Positions 61,284 to 64,000 of a stretch of 64,000 nt of DNA are shown here, piece by piece; position 1 is the stretch's first letter, and the number at the start of each line of letters is the position of its first letter. A program made the position numbers and the translations under genes. A model generated the notes under the pieces. The model did not search any database, was not told the DNA's origin, and was given only the letters and a program-made list of their open reading frames with translations. The stretch comes from Octopus sinensis (taxonomy: Eukaryota): the NCBI RefSeq assembly GCF_006345805.1, contig NC_043002.1, positions 7,130,001 to 7,194,000 on the forward strand, written 5' to 3'.

Positions 61284-64000
61284 GAATTAATAATAATAAT
61301 AAATGTAAGTATGTATGTATGTATGTATGTATGATGTATGTATGTATGTGTGTATGTATGTATGAACTTTACATTCTGTAAGATTTAGATATAATACAGA
61401 AATGTATGTCATTTCTTCAGTAACTAACAAGTTACGATAAATTATAAGAATAAATATAGCTAACACAACCAAATTTTCTAACTTTCTGTCAATATCTGAC
61501 TTCTGTCATTTAAATCAACATATTTTTCATTTAGTTATTCTGGTATTAAAACACAGGTCTGAATAGCTAAAACTGCGAGATAGCTATTGTCTTATTGAAA
61601 GAATAAATACCTGAATACAGTGACATGTTTACGCGATTTTTATAGCTATATAAAGCTAAACATGTTTGTGTGTGTGTGTGTGTGTGTGTGAGTGGATGTA
61701 TGCACATACGTTACTTCCATTGCATAGCAGACATATGGCTGCTTACTTTTTTTTTTTCCTTTTAAGCAATCATTAATAAAGAAGCCATTTAATATACAAG
61801 TAACCAGTTTACACTGAGGATTAATGTTGCGTTACAAAACAAGGAACTGCCTATGAAAAACTTGGAATCGCAGAGGTATATAATATTTTACAGCCATTTA
61901 TACATACATTCATACACACACACACACAGACACACATACATATACTGATGTACACATATATTCCCATATCTTTATAGATATGTAAACATATCTCGCTTTT
62001 TCTGTTTTTGACCCTCTCTATTTATCTGTCTGTCTGTCTCTCTCTCTCTCTTTCTCTATAAGATACACATACCCGCATAGATATGCACACACTAGCACTC
62101 ACACGCACAGATACGCGTAAACACATTATACATATAGCTATATCATATGCATATATATATATATATATACACACACACATATACATACACATGTATGTGA
62201 GTCCTTGCACTTTTTATTGCGATTATTGTTTAGTTTCATTTTTCCTATTTTTTTCTTTTGTTTTATTACTATTATTGTTAGACCCTTAGTTTCTTGTGTT
62301 ATATATCAATGTCAGTTCTATCGGGTGATGTATAGCGCGTAAAAGACATAAGTATGTTGCACTTATACAGAATATCAAAACTTAATCCTTTTATTCTGGG
62401 TTTCTTTTTACCACATACTTTTTTGCGTTTTTTTTTTTTTGCTTCTTCTTGTAAATATGTATATTATTACACAAATAGTTTATTGCAGTTTTACCAATAG
62501 GAAAATATTGAGTATATTAGCATCAAAATAGATACTGTAAATACTTCGTTTTCAAAATTAATATTCAGGTTTTTATCTTCCAAATGGCACTGTAGCTGTA
62601 ACGTTCCTGTCTTTACAGAAAATTTATATCAAACTTCATTATGCAGTATGCTTTTCCTGATTTTAACAAGTTTTTATTTTCTACATCCTATCCTATGATT
62701 TAATTGTGATTTTATTTGCTATTTCTAGCAGTTCGATTGACCACGCAGAGACCCCCTCCGTCGGTACTTTTAATTATTAAAATCTTTTTAAATGAGTTCT
62801 AGTTCTAGAAATAAAGCACCTGAAGTTCGTTATATATCTAGTACTAAGATCTGGTTGTTTCTGAAATGTCGTACTCCATATCTTTCTTATCTACCTATAT
62901 ATCTACTAAACTATCGTCTCGTTCATTTTATACCGTTATAAATTTGACTGCAAGGACATAAACTATAATTATAACCTTGGCGGTCTGTCGTAGAATGCAC
63001 TGTTGCGTAAAGACTGCTCCGTCAAGTTGTCACTAGAATGTCATCTGAGAAACGATTAACGGAGACCACCTCATCATGGTGAATGCTAAACAAGGCCAAG
63101 TTATGCCAGCAGCAAGAACTACAGTACACCAAGTATACGAGGTTAGTGGGGGAGTGCAATAGATTAAAAGATGTGAGGAAGAGAGAAGGAGAGGGAGAGG
63201 GAAGGAGGAATTGGAAGAGGAAGAAAAGGGTAAGCGAGAGAGATCTTAAACTGCGATTCATAGAGATTTCTGTTTTCCCGTCAGTCATAGAAAGATTATG
63301 AAATAAACATTTTAAAAAGAAACCAAGAAAGTAAAATTAAACTGTAATATCAATTTCAAAAGTTTTGGTAAAATGTCTTGGTATTTGGGTTATAGATATT
63401 TTATCGATGAAAGGCAAGATCGACATCGTGAGGATTTGGATTCAAAATAACTAAATACCACAACGCAGTTTGTTTGCCTTTCAATCCTTTTTGCCATTCG
63501 CCTTCCTAATAGTGTTGATTTTTAACATGGGCACATGATCATACATGAAGAAAACAGTGTAGTTGATTAAATTTACCCCCACTATATTACTGGTAGTTTA
63601 CTTTATCGACCTGGAATGATGACAGATAAAATCGATCAGAACGAAATTTTAGCGCCGAATACAAAGATTCTAAGTTAAATATTGGAAGGAATCTTGCTTG
63701 CCACTCTAATAGTAATCTTTCACCCTTCTCTTCCTTCCAATAGTAATAATAATAATAATAATTAGAAGAAGGAAAGAAGAAGAAGAAGAATGTTTGGTTT
63801 TAAGATGAAAGTCTAAAAACTAAATATATGAATGAAAAGAAAACAGCACTTCTACCCTCGACCCACCTCCCCCTGCAAAATATATTTTATAACAACGAGA
63901 CTAATCTAAAATTGAAATATTGAAATTATAAATTTCCAAATTATATTTCTTTGTTTTGGTAGTCAAAATGGGTAGAATTTTATGATAACAAAAGAGAAAA

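Overview
This is an AT-rich, repeat-saturated eukaryotic (metazoan) window that looks intronic or intergenic. The SINE families and very long (TA)n/(TG)n/(AAT)n tracts suggest a cephalopod (octopus-like) genome; that assignment is inference. No intact multi-exon gene is supported, and almost all ORFs in the track are microsatellite or SINE artefacts. Recognisable content is three degenerate mariner transposons, two R4/Dong LINE remnants, CR1-like and L1/Tx1-like LINE remnants, more than 25 tRNA-derived SINE copies from four families, several foldback/MITE elements and one small C2H2 zinc-finger ORF. The most striking signal is non-coding. About five families of short non-autonomous elements carry type I hammerhead ribozyme motifs (11 motifs: 7 with a canonical or near-canonical core, 4 degenerate). 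They usually occur as divergent inverted pairs and usually end on (TA)n, an architecture typical of Penelope-like retroelements and retrozymes. One unit is a tRNA-headed SINE with a hammerhead in its body. There is also a (CCCTAA)n-spacer-(TTAGGG)n telomere-like cassette fused to SINE cores inside a foldback element. All coordinates and base pairings were read by eye.
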